A stretch of DNA of 64,000 nucleotides. Source: Candidatus Babeliales bacterium. Its GTDB lineage: Bacteria > Babelota > Babeliae > Babelales > JANWKD01. Shown in pieces: positions 38,296 to 47,880 of the stretch. Numbering within the stretch: the first letter of the stretch is position 1; each line of letters starts with the position of its first letter. The notes beneath the pieces are model-generated. The model saw only the letters and a list, made by a program, of their open reading frames with translations. It ran no database searches and was not told the origin of the DNA. The translations under genes and the position numbers were made by a program. Location of the stretch: NCBI GenBank assembly GCA_963762115.1, contig CAVXJH010000003.1, positions 192,001 to 256,000 of the forward strand. The letters run 5' to 3'.

Positions 38296-40335
38296 TTAAG
38301 ATTTTTTCTTTTTTTCTTCGTCTATTTGATCTTTTGCTTCTTCGTAAGCATTTTTTAATAGTTGTAAGTAATTTTTGCGACGCGGTTCTTTTACGGTTTT
38401 AGTTTTTCCAGGTGTTGTAGGATCTGGAACCTCAACATCAATTTCTTCTTTAGGATTTAATTGACTTAATTTTTGTGCTTCAACATCAGTTGCATCGTCA
38501 ACATTAAGGACAGTGCCAACAGGGACTGCTCCGGTTAAAACAAAAACTTTTGCACGGTCAACAGGAAGTGGTGTTGCTTCCAATTTTGGCTGTAAGAGTA
38601 ATTTTTCATCAAACTTTAATAATGGTTCAATGAGTTGATATGGTGTTGATTGGCCAGGTTTTTTTTGTTTTTGTTTTTCAAAATTTTCAAATTCTTGTCC
38701 GACAACTTTTTTATAGGTAGCCAAATTTGCTTTATCATCTTTAAACTCTTTGATCCCATCTTTTATTTTTCGTGGAATTGGTAACAATATGGCACTTAAT
38801 TCATTAATAAAATTCTTGAGCTCAGCAATTTTTTTTAATGCGTCTTCATCATAAGGTTTAGGCATAGGTGTTGTTATAAGTTCTTTGAACTTCCAACCTA
38901 ACAAATCTTTTTTGTCTTCTATCTTTTTACTAAATTCTTTTATTCTATCTTTTATAATGGCGACTTGTGCATTTACTTTTGATGGTAGTTTTTCTGCACC
39001 ACCCTTGCCTTTTTCAGCCGCATTTTCAGCTTCTTCTTTCTTTTTCTTCTTCTTTTTCTTCCCGCCATCTTTTTTGACACCACCAGCTTTTCCTGCACCT
39101 TTTTCACCGCCACCGCGTGCTTTTATGCCAGCTGAGGGAGGAGGGGTTAATGATTCTCCGCCAAAACTTGGTCCGCCAAAATAATCACCGCCTGGCACGC
39201 TTGGCTCATATGTTGAGTAGGAAGGTTGTGGGGGAGGCATGGAAAATACCATGCGTCCTGGCGCGGCACGTTTTCTTAGCGCGTCTTCTTGTAGTTTGCG
39301 TGCATCGGCTTCCACTTTTTCACGTTCTTGTTGCACCTTAAGTGCTTCAGGTTCATGTTTCTTGAATAATTTTTTTATTTCTTCAAGGATCAATTGTTTA
39401 TCTGTTGCTTCAGTAAGTGCTGCTAGAATTTGATCAAAAATATAGTTTGATTCTTCTTGATTTCGTAATTCAGTGTATGCCTCATTGATAGCAGCAAATT
39501 TAGTGTTGACTTCAGCTAATGCTTTATCTATTTCTGTTTTTTCTTTTCCTTGGCGAATAAGGCGAACCTCAAGTGTTTGTGGGTTTGTTGCAGCAATTTT
39601 TTGTTGATACGCTTGTACAATATCGTCCTGTGTTGCTGTGCGAGGGAGATCTAAAATTTCATACAAGTTTTTTCCCTCTAAGCTGAATTCCGCAATATTC
39701 AATTGTGGCTCTAGCTCAGCTAAATGAGTGTGTAATTGTTTTAAATTAGCCAAAAGTGGTTCAAATTCTTTTTCTGCAAGGTATTTGGTTAGTTTTTCAT
39801 TGGTTAAAAGATTTAAATAATAAATGAGATCATCAAGCCTATATTTAAAAGGAATAAGTTGATTTGCATACTCTTTATCATGAGCAGCTTTTTGGCGAAT
39901 ATCACCAATTAACCGAATAAGATTTTTTAACATTTCAATGGTGTTAACATCAGCAATAGGTGTAGATTTTTTCTCCGGTTCAAGAGGTTTTCCTGGTTGA
40001 GGCGGCGTTGGCTTTATAGGCTTTTCCAATTCTTTAAGTTCTTCTGTTTGCATATCAAGATAATCAAAAGGATCCATGCCAAGTTCTTCTGCTTCTTTAA
40101 TAATTCCTTCTCCGAGGGCGGTTAAAAAGTCGATTTGTTCTTCATCTAAACTATCAATTAATTCGGTGATCATTTTCATGTCTTCGTCACTCATATTGAA
40201 ATCTGGCATTGCGGGTTTTTGAGCTGCGTTATTAGCAGCATTTGGTCTTGGTGCCGGAGCCATTGCAGAATATAAGAACATGTCATTTGAAAAGGCGATT
40301 GTACAAAGAAAAAAAATGATTGATTTGGTTTTCAT
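38296..40335 (-). CDS. Secreted protein with degenerate J-domain, Pro/Gly-rich linker and poly-Lys tract
   Basis: NLYEILDLPRTATQDDIVQAY...NPQ...FAAINEAY; K8 run; signal ending YSA-MA. Confidence 0.82.
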   Translation of the reverse strand: MKTKSIIFFLCTIAFSNDMFLYSAMAPAPRPNAANNAAQKPAMPDFNMSDEDMKMITELIDSLDEEQIDFLTALGEGIIKEAEELGMDPFDYLDMQTEELKELEKPIKPTPPQPGKPLEPEKKSTPIADVNTIEMLKNLIRLIGDIRQKAAHDKEYANQLIPFKYRLDDLIYYLNLLTNEKLTKYLAEKEFEPLLANLKQLHTHLAELEPQLNIAEFSLEGKNLYEILDLPRTATQDDIVQAYQQKIAATNPQTLEVRLIRQGKEKTEIDKALAEVNTKFAAINEAYTELRNQEESNYIFDQILAALTEATDKQLILEEIKKLFKKHEPEALKVQQEREKVEADARKLQEDALRKRAAPGRMVFSMPPPQPSYSTYEPSVPGGDYFGGPSFGGESLTPPPSAGIKARGGGEKGAGKAGGVKKDGGKKKKKKKKEEAENAAEKGKGGAEKLPSKVNAQVAIIKDRIKEFSKKIEDKKDLLGWKFKELITTPMPKPYDEDALKKIAELKNFINELSAILLPIPRKIKDGIKEFKDDKANLATYKKVVGQEFENFEKQKQKKPGQSTPYQLIEPLLKFDEKLLLQPKLEATPLPVDRAKVFVLTGAVPVGTVLNVDDATDVEAQKLSQLNPKEEIDVEVPDPTTPGKTKTVKEPRRKNYLQLLKNAYEEAKDQIDEEKKKKS

Positions 40336-40404
40336 AAAAATCTCATACTTGTTGTATGGGTTAAAACAATACGTAATTCTAGTTCAGTTTTTGATTTTAG
40401 TGAT

Positions 40405-40806
40405 ATGGTTATGCAAAGTCAATCAAAGAAGCTTCAAGCGCAGAGTGGATTTTTGCTCATAGAGTTGTTGATAGTATTATTATTGCTTGCCGTATTTACG
40501 TATATTATTGCGTATTATCAGAGTATGAGTATTCAGACAGGCTATGAAGCAATACAGCGTTGGAAAGCGGTGAATGTAGCAAGTTCATTTTTGGCTAAAG
40601 CAACTGTTGATCAAGCTTTACTCCAAAAAAAAACGTATGAAGAAGATGGGTATGTGGTAACGTGGGAAAAGGTGCCAATGAAAATTTCCTTGCCGTCTTG
40701 CTTTACTACTTTTAAAAAAAATTCCTATCTTAATGTTACGGTAACATGGAGTGGGTATTATAATAAACAGTATTCATATCAATGCATTGGTGGAGTTAGT
40801 TCGTGA
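40405..40806 (+). CDS. Prepilin-type protein (PilV/GspI-like)
   Basis: Class III signal QSG^FLLIELLIVL. Confidence 0.8.
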   Translation: MVMQSQSKKLQAQSGFLLIELLIVLLLLAVFTYIIAYYQSMSIQTGYEAIQRWKAVNVASSFLAKATVDQALLQKKTYEEDGYVVTWEKVPMKISLPSCFTTFKKNSYLNVTVTWSGYYNKQYSYQCIGGVSS

Positions 40807-41333
40807 ATACTCATAAGTCAGGATTTTTGATTATGGAATTTCTTGTGTATTTTTTTTTGTTTTCTTGCCTTTCATATGGAATAATGCATTTTATTGTTAC
40901 TTCTTCATTGCATTTGAGAGAAGAAAGTCGGCGACTCGTTGCTATGACAGAATTATTGACGGCATTAGATTATCTAGGCCATGCACTCCAAGCGGCACCT
41001 TCAAATATGAAATTGTGGAAAAAAAAAGAAAGCAATCTTCTCATTTGGCATGATAATGATCAAAATTGCGATGTTGGCATTTGCCAGATAAAAAATAAGA
41101 TTTGGCGTATTAGCGGCACGTATTCACTTTTCAAACAAGCATGGAGTAGCAAGAAAAAAAGCTTGCTTGCAAAAAATATTAAAGAACTTTCTTTTGTTTT
41201 TAATGAAGCAACTATTCATGCTATGCCGCACATTTGCTCTATCACGTGTTCATTGACAAGTGAATCAGATTCAATTGCTTTATCCAATTCAGTTAAGAAA
41301 ACAATGTTGTTAGAAAATAGGGCTCTATCGTGA
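40803..41333 (+). CDS. Prepilin-type protein (PilW/GspJ-like)
   Basis: KSG^FLIMEFLVY; overlaps the upstream gene by 4 nt. Confidence 0.75.
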   Translation: MNTHKSGFLIMEFLVYFFLFSCLSYGIMHFIVTSSLHLREESRRLVAMTELLTALDYLGHALQAAPSNMKLWKKKESNLLIWHDNDQNCDVGICQIKNKIWRISGTYSLFKQAWSSKKKSLLAKNIKELSFVFNEATIHAMPHICSITCSLTSESDSIALSNSVKKTMLLENRALS

Positions 41334-41815
41334 AATCATCGTCTCAAGGATCAGCCCTGTTAACAATATTTCTTATTTTAAGTTCATTAACGTTGTTGTG
41401 TTGTGTAGTATGGCGAACGGCAACATTAACATTTGATGTTGCAATAACAAAACAGGAATTTGAAGCATATTATCAAAAAACAGCGGCATTTCTTAAGCAT
41501 GGTTCAGAGCTTTGTAAAAATAATTTTAAATCAGTACAAACCTATTTAAAAAAACATCGAGATTTAGTCTTGGCATTACCGGCATCAGGAAATTCTGATC
41601 GTGAAAAAAAGCAACAATGCATAGTAAAGATACAGAGTATTAATGAAGATACTCTTGCTCTTATGGCAAAATTGCAAGAAGATGGACGGCAGCTCTATGT
41701 TCTTTCTTGCATAGTTGCTCATACTAAAATTTCGAATGCAGATGCGCATGATGCATCAACAGATTATTTTGCGGTGGCTTCATGGAAAAAAAATGGCTGT
41801 ATACACAATGGTTGA
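41330..41815 (+). CDS. Prepilin-type protein lacking Glu5 (PilX/GspK-like)
   Basis: SQG^SALLTIFLIL; third gene of an overlapping triad. Confidence 0.7.
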   Translation: MKSSSQGSALLTIFLILSSLTLLCCVVWRTATLTFDVAITKQEFEAYYQKTAAFLKHGSELCKNNFKSVQTYLKKHRDLVLALPASGNSDREKKQQCIVKIQSINEDTLALMAKLQEDGRQLYVLSCIVAHTKISNADAHDASTDYFAVASWKKNGCIHNG

Positions 41816-43176
41816 TGATCATACTATCAGCATTTTTAGGAGCATTGCCATTTATAGGTACCACTATTTTTGCTGAATGCGTTTTTATTTTTTTAATACC
41901 ACTTTATTATCTTGTAGCGCAACAAGATGTTGAGCTTGGTTTGAAAGAAGGTTTTTTGTGGGGAGTCGTTTTTTATTGTTTTTATTTTCAAGGCATTGTT
42001 GTGCTCATAATGCAGCATGGTGTTGGTTCGTATCGATTGCTTGCTGGTATAATCTTAATTATATATGGAGCCTTAGGTTCCGGTTTTTGGTTTTTTTTAT
42101 CTTCTGGGTTGGTTTCTATTTTTTCAAAATACTCACGGTATATATCAATAACAAAACTTGCTTGCTGGGTTGTTGGTAGTTGGTTTTATTTTTGGTTAGT
42201 CGATACAGCATTTTTTTCTGTTTTTGGTTTTTATGAGGGTGATCAATTGAGGTTTCTTTTGTTGCCTCTTGCGATTCGGCCACATTGGCTATTTGTTGGA
42301 AGGCATTTCACCCGTTTTGGTGGCTTGCTAATACTTCTTTTATTTTCTGCATCCTGCGCTTGTTTTTTAACTAGGTATAAAAAAAAAGTGTTTTTATTGT
42401 TTGCTCTGCTTTGTTTTTTACCTTTTGCAGCAGGGTGGTTATTTAAAACTGCAGAAAATAAAAAATCAGAATTTTTATCAACTATTGCCTGCATTATACC
42501 ATCAATTGAACAAAAAGATCCGTGGTTAGTACATGAACATATTTGTGATTTGTTACGTATATGTGCGCAGAATAAAAGCATACAATGCATTTTTTTCCCT
42601 GAATCGTCATTCCAATTTCCTTTACATGATTGGTCGCGCTATATAGGTTCTTGGTATGATTGCCTTGGTAAGAATGATATGTATATAGTTCTTGGTTCTC
42701 ATCGCCAAAATAGGCAAAAACTTTTTAATACATTATATGTTCTGCATAATCGTCGCATAATTAATCATTATGACAAAATTCACACCATGTTCTTTACCGA
42801 ACGAATGCCAATCTATTGGTCATATTTCAAAGAAATAAAAAACCTTTTTTTGAAAAATAAATCCCCATTTTGCCAAGGAAAAAAAAAGAGGGCACCGTTA
42901 TTTTTGCCATTTTATACTTCTCTTTACCCTTATATGTGCTCGGACCTTTTTTTTGAACCTATTACCACCACTTCTGTTACTACTGATAAAGGAACCTTAC
43001 TTTGCCTTGTTAATGATTCGTGGTTTTCAGTTTCCTATATACCCCAATTAATGTTTTTACATGCAATGTGCAAGTCACTCTATGAAAAACGTGACATTTT
43101 TTATGTGAGTTACACAAAGAATGAATATATCTCTTATCATGGATATTCAAGCAAACTTTTAACAATACGTGGGTAG
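41782..43176 (+). CDS. lnt: Apolipoprotein N-acyltransferase
   Basis: Multi-TM N-terminal half plus nitrilase-fold triad FPES / YDK / CSD; NDSWF. Confidence 0.8.
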   Translation: MEKKWLYTQWLMIILSAFLGALPFIGTTIFAECVFIFLIPLYYLVAQQDVELGLKEGFLWGVVFYCFYFQGIVVLIMQHGVGSYRLLAGIILIIYGALGSGFWFFLSSGLVSIFSKYSRYISITKLACWVVGSWFYFWLVDTAFFSVFGFYEGDQLRFLLLPLAIRPHWLFVGRHFTRFGGLLILLLFSASCACFLTRYKKKVFLLFALLCFLPFAAGWLFKTAENKKSEFLSTIACIIPSIEQKDPWLVHEHICDLLRICAQNKSIQCIFFPESSFQFPLHDWSRYIGSWYDCLGKNDMYIVLGSHRQNRQKLFNTLYVLHNRRIINHYDKIHTMFFTERMPIYWSYFKEIKNLFLKNKSPFCQGKKKRAPLFLPFYTSLYPYMCSDLFFEPITTTSVTTDKGTLLCLVNDSWFSVSYIPQLMFLHAMCKSLYEKRDIFYVSYTKNEYISYHGYSSKLLTIRG

Positions 43177-43246
43177 TTCTCAAAGGTGAGCTTTTCATGT
43201 ATGCTATTGTCATCTAATAAAGTTTTTTTTGATTGAAAGGTGTGTT

Positions 43247-43699
43247 ATGAAAGTTTTTTTAACAAAAAATGTAGAAAAGATTGGTCTTGAAGGTCAAATA
43301 TTAAAAGTTGCTGATGGATTTGCGCAAAACTATTTGTTTCCAAAAAAATTAGCAGTGCAAGTTACTCCTGAAAATGAGGCTTTTTATACAGCAAAAATTA
43401 AACATGCGGTTCATAAAAAAGAAGCCGTTGCAACAGAAACATCTATGCTTGCTGAAACGATAAAATCTACGGTGATTACGGCAAAAATTGCAAAAGACAA
43501 AATCCATCATGATGGCAAACTCTATGGCTCAATTTCTGCGCAAGATATCGTAAATTTACTTGCAGAAAAAAGAATTTCAATTACTAAAAGCCAAGTTGAA
43601 TTTGATAAGTCAATTAAGGCAAAAGGTACTTATGAAGTTACCATAAAGCTTTCTTCTCGGTTAAAACCAAAAGTGACCTTAAAAGTTATCTCAGAATAA
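43247..43699 (+). CDS. rplI: 50S ribosomal protein L9
   Basis: MKVFL, VADGFAQNYLFP, GKLYGSI. Confidence 0.95.
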   Translation: MKVFLTKNVEKIGLEGQILKVADGFAQNYLFPKKLAVQVTPENEAFYTAKIKHAVHKKEAVATETSMLAETIKSTVITAKIAKDKIHHDGKLYGSISAQDIVNLLAEKRISITKSQVEFDKSIKAKGTYEVTIKLSSRLKPKVTLKVISE

Positions 43700-43735
43700 G
43701 TTATATCATCATAGAATTTTAACTAGAATGTATCC

Positions 43736-45124
43736 ATGCGCAAAGAACAATTAGGATTGGCTTCTCTTGATGGGGCACAAAAAAATAGATCTGCCGAGCA
43801 GCTGTTAGGGCAACGTTTGCCCTTTAGCGAACAAGCCGAAAGAGCTGTTTTGAGTGCTTTATTACTAAATGATCAACAGGTGAATGAAGTTGCTGAGTTG
43901 TTATTGCCAAATGATTTTTATCAACCTGCTCATAAAATCATTTATCAAACGTTACTTGATTTAACACATCAATTAAAGCGCATAGATATTGTCACCTTAC
44001 AAGATGAACTTGAAAAACATGAGCAGCTTGCTGCGGTTGGTGGGATTGTAAATCTTCTTGCTTTGCAAGAAGATATTCCTGCTGTTGGTATGTTGTCGCA
44101 TCATGCCCGTATCATTAAAGAGAAAGCAGTATTGCGAGATCTTATTGGTTCTGCAACAGAAATTATCACCAATTGTTATTCTCAAAATGATCAAGAAATT
44201 GATGCTGTTTTAGATGCTGCTGAAAAGACAATTTTTAATATTTCAAATAAGCGATCGCAGCAAAGTTTTGTTCAACTCAATATTTGGCTAAAAAAAACAT
44301 TTCAGCATCTTTCTGATATTAAAGGTCACAGTAAGGGTATTACCGGTGTTGCAAGTGGATATAAAAAACTCGATCAATTCACTTCAGGATTTCAAGGCAG
44401 CGATCTTGTTGTTTTGGCTGCACGACCTTCAATGGGTAAAACGGCATTTGCTTTAAATCTTGCTATAAATGCTGCCAATAATGGTCAGTCAGTTGGTTTT
44501 TTCTCATTAGAAATGTCTGCAGAGCAGTTAACATTACGACTATTAGCTATGCAATCTGGTATTGCTCATCATAATATTAGGAATGCAACAATAACTTCTG
44601 ATGAATGGCTTGAACTCACTCGAGTAGCAGGTCATTTGGCTAATTTAAAGTTCTTTATTGATGATACAGCGATGGTGAGTATCATGGATTTACGGGCCAA
44701 AGCGCGTAAGTTGAAAGCAGAACATAACTTACAATTTTTGGTTATTGATTATCTACAATTATTGCACAGCACCAAAAAGCATGAAAATCGCCATCAAGAA
44801 GTTTCTGATATTTCACGTTCACTCAAAGCTCTTGCAAAAGAATTAAGTATCCCTATCATTGCCTTGTCTCAGTTATCACGTGCTGTTGATAGTAGAACTG
44901 ATAAACGTCCAATGTTGTCAGATTTACGTGAATCGGGTGCCATTGAGCAAGATGCTGATGTCATTATGTTTTTATACCGTGACATTGTGTATAACCAAGA
45001 TACAGAACATCCCTTATTGGCCGAATTAATCATTGGCAAACAACGTAATGGCCCAACAGGAACTGTTTTTCTTAATTGGATACGAGAGATGACCTCTTTT
45101 GAAGATGCTGAGTATGAAGAGTAA
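43736..45124 (+). CDS. dnaB: Replicative DNA helicase
   Basis: AARPSMGKT, FFSLEM, IDYLQL, LSQLSR, SDLRESGAIEQDAD, KQRNGP. Confidence 0.97.
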   Translation: MRKEQLGLASLDGAQKNRSAEQLLGQRLPFSEQAERAVLSALLLNDQQVNEVAELLLPNDFYQPAHKIIYQTLLDLTHQLKRIDIVTLQDELEKHEQLAAVGGIVNLLALQEDIPAVGMLSHHARIIKEKAVLRDLIGSATEIITNCYSQNDQEIDAVLDAAEKTIFNISNKRSQQSFVQLNIWLKKTFQHLSDIKGHSKGITGVASGYKKLDQFTSGFQGSDLVVLAARPSMGKTAFALNLAINAANNGQSVGFFSLEMSAEQLTLRLLAMQSGIAHHNIRNATITSDEWLELTRVAGHLANLKFFIDDTAMVSIMDLRAKARKLKAEHNLQFLVIDYLQLLHSTKKHENRHQEVSDISRSLKALAKELSIPIIALSQLSRAVDSRTDKRPMLSDLRESGAIEQDADVIMFLYRDIVYNQDTEHPLLAELIIGKQRNGPTGTVFLNWIREMTSFEDAEYEE

Positions 45125-45233
45125 GATAATAGTTTCTATAAGAATAATAATTTTTTTTGATGTTTTATTAATAATACCGTAAGATAGTTTACTATTGTTG
45201 ACATTAGTATTGTTTTTTTAGGGGTATTATATC

Positions 45234-45965
45234 ATGAATAAAAAGTATTTTTTTCTTTTCTCGGCTATTTTTGTTTTTTCAATGATATCTTTAGATGCAA
45301 TGCAAGAAGAACATGAAGAAAACAATCATACACAATCGAAGCAATCATTTTTTAAAGACCAGGTAATTCCTTATGGTTTAGGTATTACCATAGGGGCTGC
45401 GGCGGTTTTAGCAACAGTTGGTATATATAACGCGGATTTTTTCCAAGAAAGTCGTGAATATATTGAAGTAGTACCAAATCCTGTGAAGTTATTTTTTGCG
45501 GCTATAGCCAGCGGCTTGGTCATTAGTAACCTTTGGCTTCTCATTCGGGTACAAAAGCAAGAAGGATTATTAAATATTTATGCGGATTTGGCTCGTCTTC
45601 GTTGCGATCATTCTATGAGGTGTATTGATTTGTTATCTAAAGAAGTACAAAAAAAATCCGATGAATTACAGGAACATAAAGTAGCTCTTAATAAGATTAT
45701 TGTTCATCATTTCTTGTTTCAGGCGCAATCTACCAATAACCACGAAGCATTAAGCATTGATCTGCAAGCAGTGAAAAATATGTATAGTGATATGCAGGAT
45801 GAAGTGAAAATTATTAAAGAAAAACAGGAAATGGCTTCTTTCTTGACCAATATCTTTGATGAATTACGGGGAGATATACGTTATAGAGAGGCATTGGTAA
45901 GGTCAGAAGTAATAGAACAACAACGAATTCATGGTAATCGTTTGAATCTTGGTGGCGTTGAATAA
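45234..45965 (+). CDS. Secreted/membrane protein with bilobed hydrophobic region and coiled-coil tail
   Basis: Signal ending LDA-MQ; two hydrophobic helices; heptad-rich C-terminus. Confidence 0.78.
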   Translation: MNKKYFFLFSAIFVFSMISLDAMQEEHEENNHTQSKQSFFKDQVIPYGLGITIGAAAVLATVGIYNADFFQESREYIEVVPNPVKLFFAAIASGLVISNLWLLIRVQKQEGLLNIYADLARLRCDHSMRCIDLLSKEVQKKSDELQEHKVALNKIIVHHFLFQAQSTNNHEALSIDLQAVKNMYSDMQDEVKIIKEKQEMASFLTNIFDELRGDIRYREALVRSEVIEQQRIHGNRLNLGGVE

Positions 45966-46074
45966 ATTATTTATGTTATTTTCTTATTTTTTATTCTTGA
46001 CCTATTTTTATATATAACTCTATACTAACCTTATTTTTGTATGCAAATTCAAGAGTTGGAATAGAAAGTTACGC

Positions 46075-46569
46075 ATGATCATTTTAGGCATTGATCCAGG
46101 ATTTAGTTTTACTGGTTTTGGTATTTTAAAAAAGGAAGGGCATAAATCATATTTGCTTGATTGCGGTTACTTAAAAATGTCGTCAGCAAAAACATTGTCT
46201 CAACGCATTGGCATATTCCATGCTTTTTTTACTGAAAAAATTACCAAATATCAAGTAACAACCGTTGCTATCGAAACCCCATTTTTGGGTAAAAATGCTC
46301 AAAATTTTTTAAAGCTCGGTTATTTGCGCGGCATTATCTATCTTTTAGCTGAAACACATGCATTAGCATTACATGAATTTGCGCCACGAGAAATTAAATT
46401 ATCGGTAACAGGGTTTGGTGGTGCTGATAAGGAGCAGGTTGCGCGTATTATTTTGCGTCTTTTTCCTACACTTGTTGCGCCTGATAAAGCTGATGTGACC
46501 GATGCACTTGCAGTGACCTTGTGCTGTTTGTGGAAAAGTAATAGTATGCAAATAAAATCATTATCTTAA
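46075..46569 (+). CDS. ruvC: Holliday junction resolvase
   Basis: ILGIDPG, IETPF, GFGGADKEQV, DVTDALAV. Confidence 0.95.
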   Translation: MIILGIDPGFSFTGFGILKKEGHKSYLLDCGYLKMSSAKTLSQRIGIFHAFFTEKITKYQVTTVAIETPFLGKNAQNFLKLGYLRGIIYLLAETHALALHEFAPREIKLSVTGFGGADKEQVARIILRLFPTLVAPDKADVTDALAVTLCCLWKSNSMQIKSLS

Positions 46570-46582
46570 AAAAGGAGTTTTT

Positions 46583-46867
46583 ATGAAATTTCTATCATTA
46601 CTATCTCTTTTAACTATTTTATCAATTTGTGCAATGGATAAAGTTGTTGAAATTAAATTTAAAGAAGTTTCATATGGATGCTTTAAGTCAAAACAATTTG
46701 AACAAGTATGTAAGGGTGATGACTATAAAATATATACAGTTTCACAATTGACCAATGCTAAAACAGGAAAAAGTTCTTGGACAGGTAATCAAATGACTGA
46801 AGAAGAAGCAAAGAAAAAGTATGCAGAATTAGAAACACTATTTAAAGAACAAAATCAAGGACAGTAA
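46583..46867 (+). CDS. Small secreted protein, possible distant member of the 32 kb paralog family
   Basis: AAGGAG RBS; ICA-MD; WTG...AKKKYAELETLF. Confidence 0.75.
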   Translation: MKFLSLLSLLTILSICAMDKVVEIKFKEVSYGCFKSKQFEQVCKGDDYKIYTVSQLTNAKTGKSSWTGNQMTEEEAKKKYAELETLFKEQNQGQ

Positions 46868-46883
46868 AAATATTCAATTAAAT

Positions 46884-46917
46884 AAAGGTTGTTACAAAAA
46901 ATGTGTAGCAACCTTTT
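46884..46917. terminator. Bidirectional terminator
   Basis: AAAGGTTGTTACA / TGTAGCAACCTTT between convergent genes. Confidence 0.75.
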
Positions 46918-46920
46918 ATA

Positions 46921-47880
46921 TTATGAACGAGGCCTTAAAAGGCCACTTGCTTCTTGATAAAATGCTTTTGTTTGTTCATTGGCATCTGCATCAATAATTT
47001 TTCCAGATTGCTTGTCTTGATATTCTTGTTTAAATAGAGACGCTATTTTATATTGAAGATAATGATAGGGAGTTGGAAATGATTCTATATATATTCGTTT
47101 GCCTATAGCTTTTATTGATTCAAATACTTCATTATAAAGTGGCGCTTGTGCATCAATCAATAAGGATAATTTTTCTAATGCGTGTGTACGCAATTTTTGA
47201 TCATGTATATCTTCAAAAGTTTTAACAAAGTTACCAACAAGTTCGCTAGTATCATGTGGTAATCCATGTTTTAACAATAATTGTATCATTTTTGAGGGTA
47301 CATGTTTATTATTAAGAGAATAATGAAAGAGCATTGTCGTCGAGTGAATCGATGGAGCATTGTGAAAGTCTTTAAGCTGTTGGCTAAATGCCTTTCGCAA
47401 TGTATTTAAAATTTTCTTTGTTTCTATAGTAGTTAATTTAGATTCTTTATCGCGGTTTTTCTCTTGAATTTCTCTTAATATACAAAAAATATGTAGTTTA
47501 TCTTCTATGGGCAAATAGAAGTTTTTTGTTGAATAGGCAATGTCGACAGCGATATCAGCATAATCATCTAAAGGTAAAACTTTAAATAATGTAATAAGGG
47601 TTCTTTTATTTTGCTTTGATGCAAAAGCTCGGTTTAAGAGGGGGTTTATTAATTCTTCTGGCAAAGGATTTTGATTAAGTTGTACAGTTAGATTTTTAGG
47701 TTTTTGATTAAAAAATGCTTGCATTGATATTTTTAATAAAGATTCTGGTTCAAATTTTACTGCTTGAGTTTGTTCTTCATTTTCTCTTTGTTTTTTTGAT
47801 GGTGGCGCTTCCATAGAATGTAGGGCGTTCCATGAAAAACAAATAAGAGATAATGCTAGGACAAGATTTTTCATATTCAT
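46921..47880 (-). CDS. Secreted hypothetical protein, tandem paralog B (SOCS-box-like N-terminal motif)
   Basis: Signal ending LHS-ME; shares blocks with 47877-48902. Confidence 0.82.
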   Translation of the reverse strand: MNMKNLVLALSLICFSWNALHSMEAPPSKKQRENEEQTQAVKFEPESLLKISMQAFFNQKPKNLTVQLNQNPLPEELINPLLNRAFASKQNKRTLITLFKVLPLDDYADIAVDIAYSTKNFYLPIEDKLHIFCILREIQEKNRDKESKLTTIETKKILNTLRKAFSQQLKDFHNAPSIHSTTMLFHYSLNNKHVPSKMIQLLLKHGLPHDTSELVGNFVKTFEDIHDQKLRTHALEKLSLLIDAQAPLYNEVFESIKAIGKRIYIESFPTPYHYLQYKIASLFKQEYQDKQSGKIIDADANEQTKAFYQEASGLLRPRS

